Shown here in pieces: positions 32,740 to 34,548 of a stretch of DNA of 34,548 nt. Position 1 is the stretch's first letter. Every line of letters starts with the position of its first letter. The notes below the pieces were generated by a model, which saw only the letters and a list, made by a program, of their open reading frames with translations, did not search any database and was not told the origin of the DNA. The translations under genes and the position numbers were made by a program. The stretch is from a bacterium (lineage in GTDB: Bacteria > Actinomycetota > Actinomycetes > S36-B12), in assembly GCA_046096085.1 (NCBI GenBank), contig JBJTJS010000267.1, forward strand, positions 1-34,548, read 5' to 3'.

Positions 32740-34548
32740 CTACCGCAGGTACGCCACCACAGCGGCGTCGACTTGCAGGTTCTCTCCGTCGACCGAGCGC
32801 ACGATGCGCCCGTCGCGGCTGAGCGGGACGATGACGAGTGCCGACGTCGCGCCGCCGCGCGCCACCGACAGGGAGGCCCCTTCGGGCTCGAGCAGGGACC
32901 AGAAGGTCACCGAGCCGCCCGCGCCCGTCGATCGAAGGCTCACCTGGAGCACGGCCGCCTTGGCGCCCGTGGGCTTGCGGAGCACCCGCGTCAGGGTGGT
33001 CCGGCGCGGCTCGACCGGCTTGGGGGCCACGGGGACCAGGAGGTACCCGAGCGACTGGGTCCGCACGGCCGAGGCCTGCAGGGCGATGACGACGTCGACC
33101 GGCTTGGCGCTGGCGTTGACGACCGTGATGCGCCCCTCGGCATCGAGAGCAGTGAGGATGTTCGTGGTCGACCGCTCGCCCTTGCGGTAGGCGAGCGCCT
33201 GGGTCGCCGCGGTACGGCGATCGCCGGTGCGGCGCACGACCAGGGACCCGGCCCCCTCGCCGCGCACGGCGGTGACGCTCACGAGCGCCGCCGCCGGGGG
33301 GCCCTCGGACGTGGCCGCGAGCCCGACGTCGATGAGCCGCTTCTCGCCCGGGCCCAGCGGCTGCTGGCCCCTGCGGGAGTCGTAGGCGACCAGCCCGGAC
33401 TGCGTGAGCAGTCGCCCGCCGCCGGCGTCGGTCGCGGTGGCCGGCTTGACGAAGTACCCGAGAAGGTCGACGGCGAGATGGCCGGCCCCGGAGTCGGACG
33501 TGAACGCGAGCGTGCCGTCCGTCGCCACCGGAAGGATGGTCGTCATCTCGCGGCGGCCGTTCATGGCGACGCTGAGGACCGTGGCGTCACCGCCGGTGAG
33601 CGCGCGCAGCGACGCGGGCGAATTGGACCCCGAGCTCACCACCCGCACCGCGACGGCCCTGGTGCCCTCGCCGGGGTTGTCCGCCTGGGCGCCGATGTTG
33701 ATGACGATCGGGGCCCCGGGACCGCCGGAGGACACCTGCGTGAGGCGGCAGGGCTGGCGCTCGAGGCCAAGGCCCGAGCGCGTGTCGACGAGCCGCCGGG
33801 GCGTGATCGGCAGGTAGTCCAGCCCGTTGCCGACCGGCATGGCGTCGGCGGCCGCCTCCTCATCGGTCAGGCACGCGGGCGGCGGCGTGGGGTCGCCGCC
33901 CCAGAAGCTGGTCTGCGCGGCGGCGCCGTCCCACGACAGGGACAGGTGGATGTGGTCGCGATGGCAGTACGTGTCGTAGCCGTCGTCGGGCTTGGAGTAG
34001 CAGCCCTTGAGCTCGGTCCACGTCTGGGTGTAGGACTCCCAGATCTCGTCGCCCCAGCCGATGTACATGATGCCGAGGCGGCGCGCCATCGCGAAGGGCT
34101 CGCCGGTCGCGTCCGAGGCCAGCAGCCACTTCAGGAAGGACTCGGCCTGGGCGTTCTCCGCGGGCACGCTCTGGTCGATCATCCAGTCGACGGCGCGGCC
34201 CTCCTTGTGCTCGCTGCGACCGCCGACCGAGCAGTCCCGGGGGATCCAGATCGCGTCGGTCGTCGTGTAGGTCTGCTGCAGCATCTCGGTGATCTTCAGC
34301 GCGCCCGGCTTCGGATCGGGGGAGCAGAGGAACTGGCCCTGGTACGACGCCAGCGGGTCGACCTCGGCGGGCAGGCCGGCGGGAACCACCGGGCCCGGCG
34401 GAAGCGGCAGTTTCTTCGCAGGCGCGGGCTCGGGTGCGGCCGCAGGATCGTCCTGCGCAGGATCGTCCTGCGCAGGGTCGTCCCGGCCCGGCTCGGCGGC
34501 GGGCAGGTGCGCGGCGGGGTCGGGCTGGGGGGGATCGTCGGCGGGCCG
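32740..34548 (-). CDS. Secreted/cell-wall LAS-superfamily zinc-peptidase-like protein (VanY/M15-like motifs) followed by three ~100-aa beta-rich repeats; partial, 5' end beyond the right window edge
   Basis: The frame stays open from 34389 to 34548 (my translation: RPADDPPQPDPAAHLPAAEPGRDDPAQDDPAQDDPAAAPEPAPAKKLPLPPGPVVPAG...). It has GGRSEHKEGRAVDW (SxHxxGxAxD) and CHRDHIHLS (HxH). Three repeats then follow, each resembling the actinobacterial pattern ...P.R..DTR....L.......V.....ending in ...vD..GYf. Confidence 0.6.
   Translation of the reverse strand, partial: RPADDPPQPDPAAHLPAAEPGRDDPAQDDPAQDDPAAAPEPAPAKKLPLPPGPVVPAGLPAEVDPLASYQGQFLCSPDPKPGALKITEMLQQTYTTTDAIWIPRDCSVGGRSEHKEGRAVDWMIDQSVPAENAQAESFLKWLLASDATGEPFAMARRLGIMYIGWGDEIWESYTQTWTELKGCYSKPDDGYDTYCHRDHIHLSLSWDGAAAQTSFWGGDPTPPPACLTDEEAAADAMPVGNGLDYLPITPRRLVDTRSGLGLERQPCRLTQVSSGGPGAPIVINIGAQADNPGEGTRAVAVRVVSSGSNSPASLRALTGGDATVLSVAMNGRREMTTILPVATDGTLAFTSDSGAGHLAVDLLGYFVKPATATDAGGGRLLTQSGLVAYDSRRGQQPLGPGEKRLIDVGLAATSEGPPAAALVSVTAVRGEGAGSLVVRRTGDRRTAATQALAYRKGERSTTNILTALDAEGRITVVNASAKPVDVVIALQASAVRTQSLGYLLVPVAPKPVEPRRTTLTRVLRKPTGAKAAVLQVSLRSTGAGGSVTFWSLLEPEGASLSVARGGATSALVIVPLSRDGRIVRSVDGENLQVDAAVVAYLR
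34441..34485. repeat. 15-bp tandem repeat x3 (two perfect units, third with 2 mismatches) inside the coding linker
   Basis: cgcaggatcgtcctg / cgcaggatcgtcctg / cgcagggtcgtcccg. On the minus strand this encodes (QDDPA)-type pentapeptide repeats. Each unit contains the small inverted repeat cagga-tcg-tcctg. Confidence 0.85.

Noticed and set aside
30647-33190. 847-aa plus-strand ORF
   Set aside because: Antisense shadow of pcrA and the peptidase-like gene. Its composition is Arg/Gly/Leu/His-rich with no motifs, and the opposite strand has all SF1 helicase motifs.

Overview
This is a very GC-rich (about 70% by eye) actinobacterial chromosomal segment, densely packed with core-metabolism genes. 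It looks like Propionibacteriales or Mycobacteriales by synteny, but I cannot assign it from sequence alone. I call 34 protein-coding genes (two run off the window edges) and one disrupted gene. I found no rRNA, tRNA, CRISPR array, transposase or integrase.

Gene content, left to right:
- Methionine salvage, minus strand: mtnB-mtnD-mtnP plus an MtaD-like deaminase.
- Divergent mtnC, only 14 bp from mtnB.
- A decayed AbiEi/DUF559-type gene bracketed by two copies of a ~80-bp element.
- A tightly packed unit: acyl-CoA mutase large subunit, then mtnA, then a class-II aldolase/SDR fusion.
- sdhCDAB and a D,D-carboxypeptidase.
- A long minus-strand run: 2H phosphoesterase, trpS, CNNM/CorC, xthA, icd, mdh, DUF3017, folD, DMT transporter, purH, purN, RDD protein, PerM-like protein, sucD, sucC, and the B12-binding mutase small subunit.
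- A lipase-like hydrolase, pcrA/uvrD1, and a secreted LAS-type peptidase-like protein.
- Many start/stop overlaps (ATGA/GTGA) indicate operons.

I do not see a clear-cut novel multi-gene system such as a defence island. The observations most worth a second look are:
1. The aldolase/SDR fusion abutting mtnA, which may be a methylthioribulose-1-P aldolase branch (DHAP-shunt-like) alongside the canonical MtnB/C/D route.
2. An MtnP homolog with Asn at the MTAP Asp220 position, overlapping a deaminase gene, which suggests a methylthioinosine route.
3. A split acyl-CoA mutase whose two genes lie ~19.6 kb apart yet share a ~22-nt upstream motif.
4. A Walker-A Lys-to-Thr substitution in PcrA.
5. The repeat-bracketed DUF559-type pseudogene.
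6. Two perfect 10-bp palindromes flanking a -10-like box upstream of mdh.
7. A recurrent TAGSST hexamer 6-8 nt upstream of start codons that lack a Shine-Dalgarno (SD) sequence, suggesting leaderless mRNAs.

All functional calls come from motif and family recognition by eye. No searches were run.
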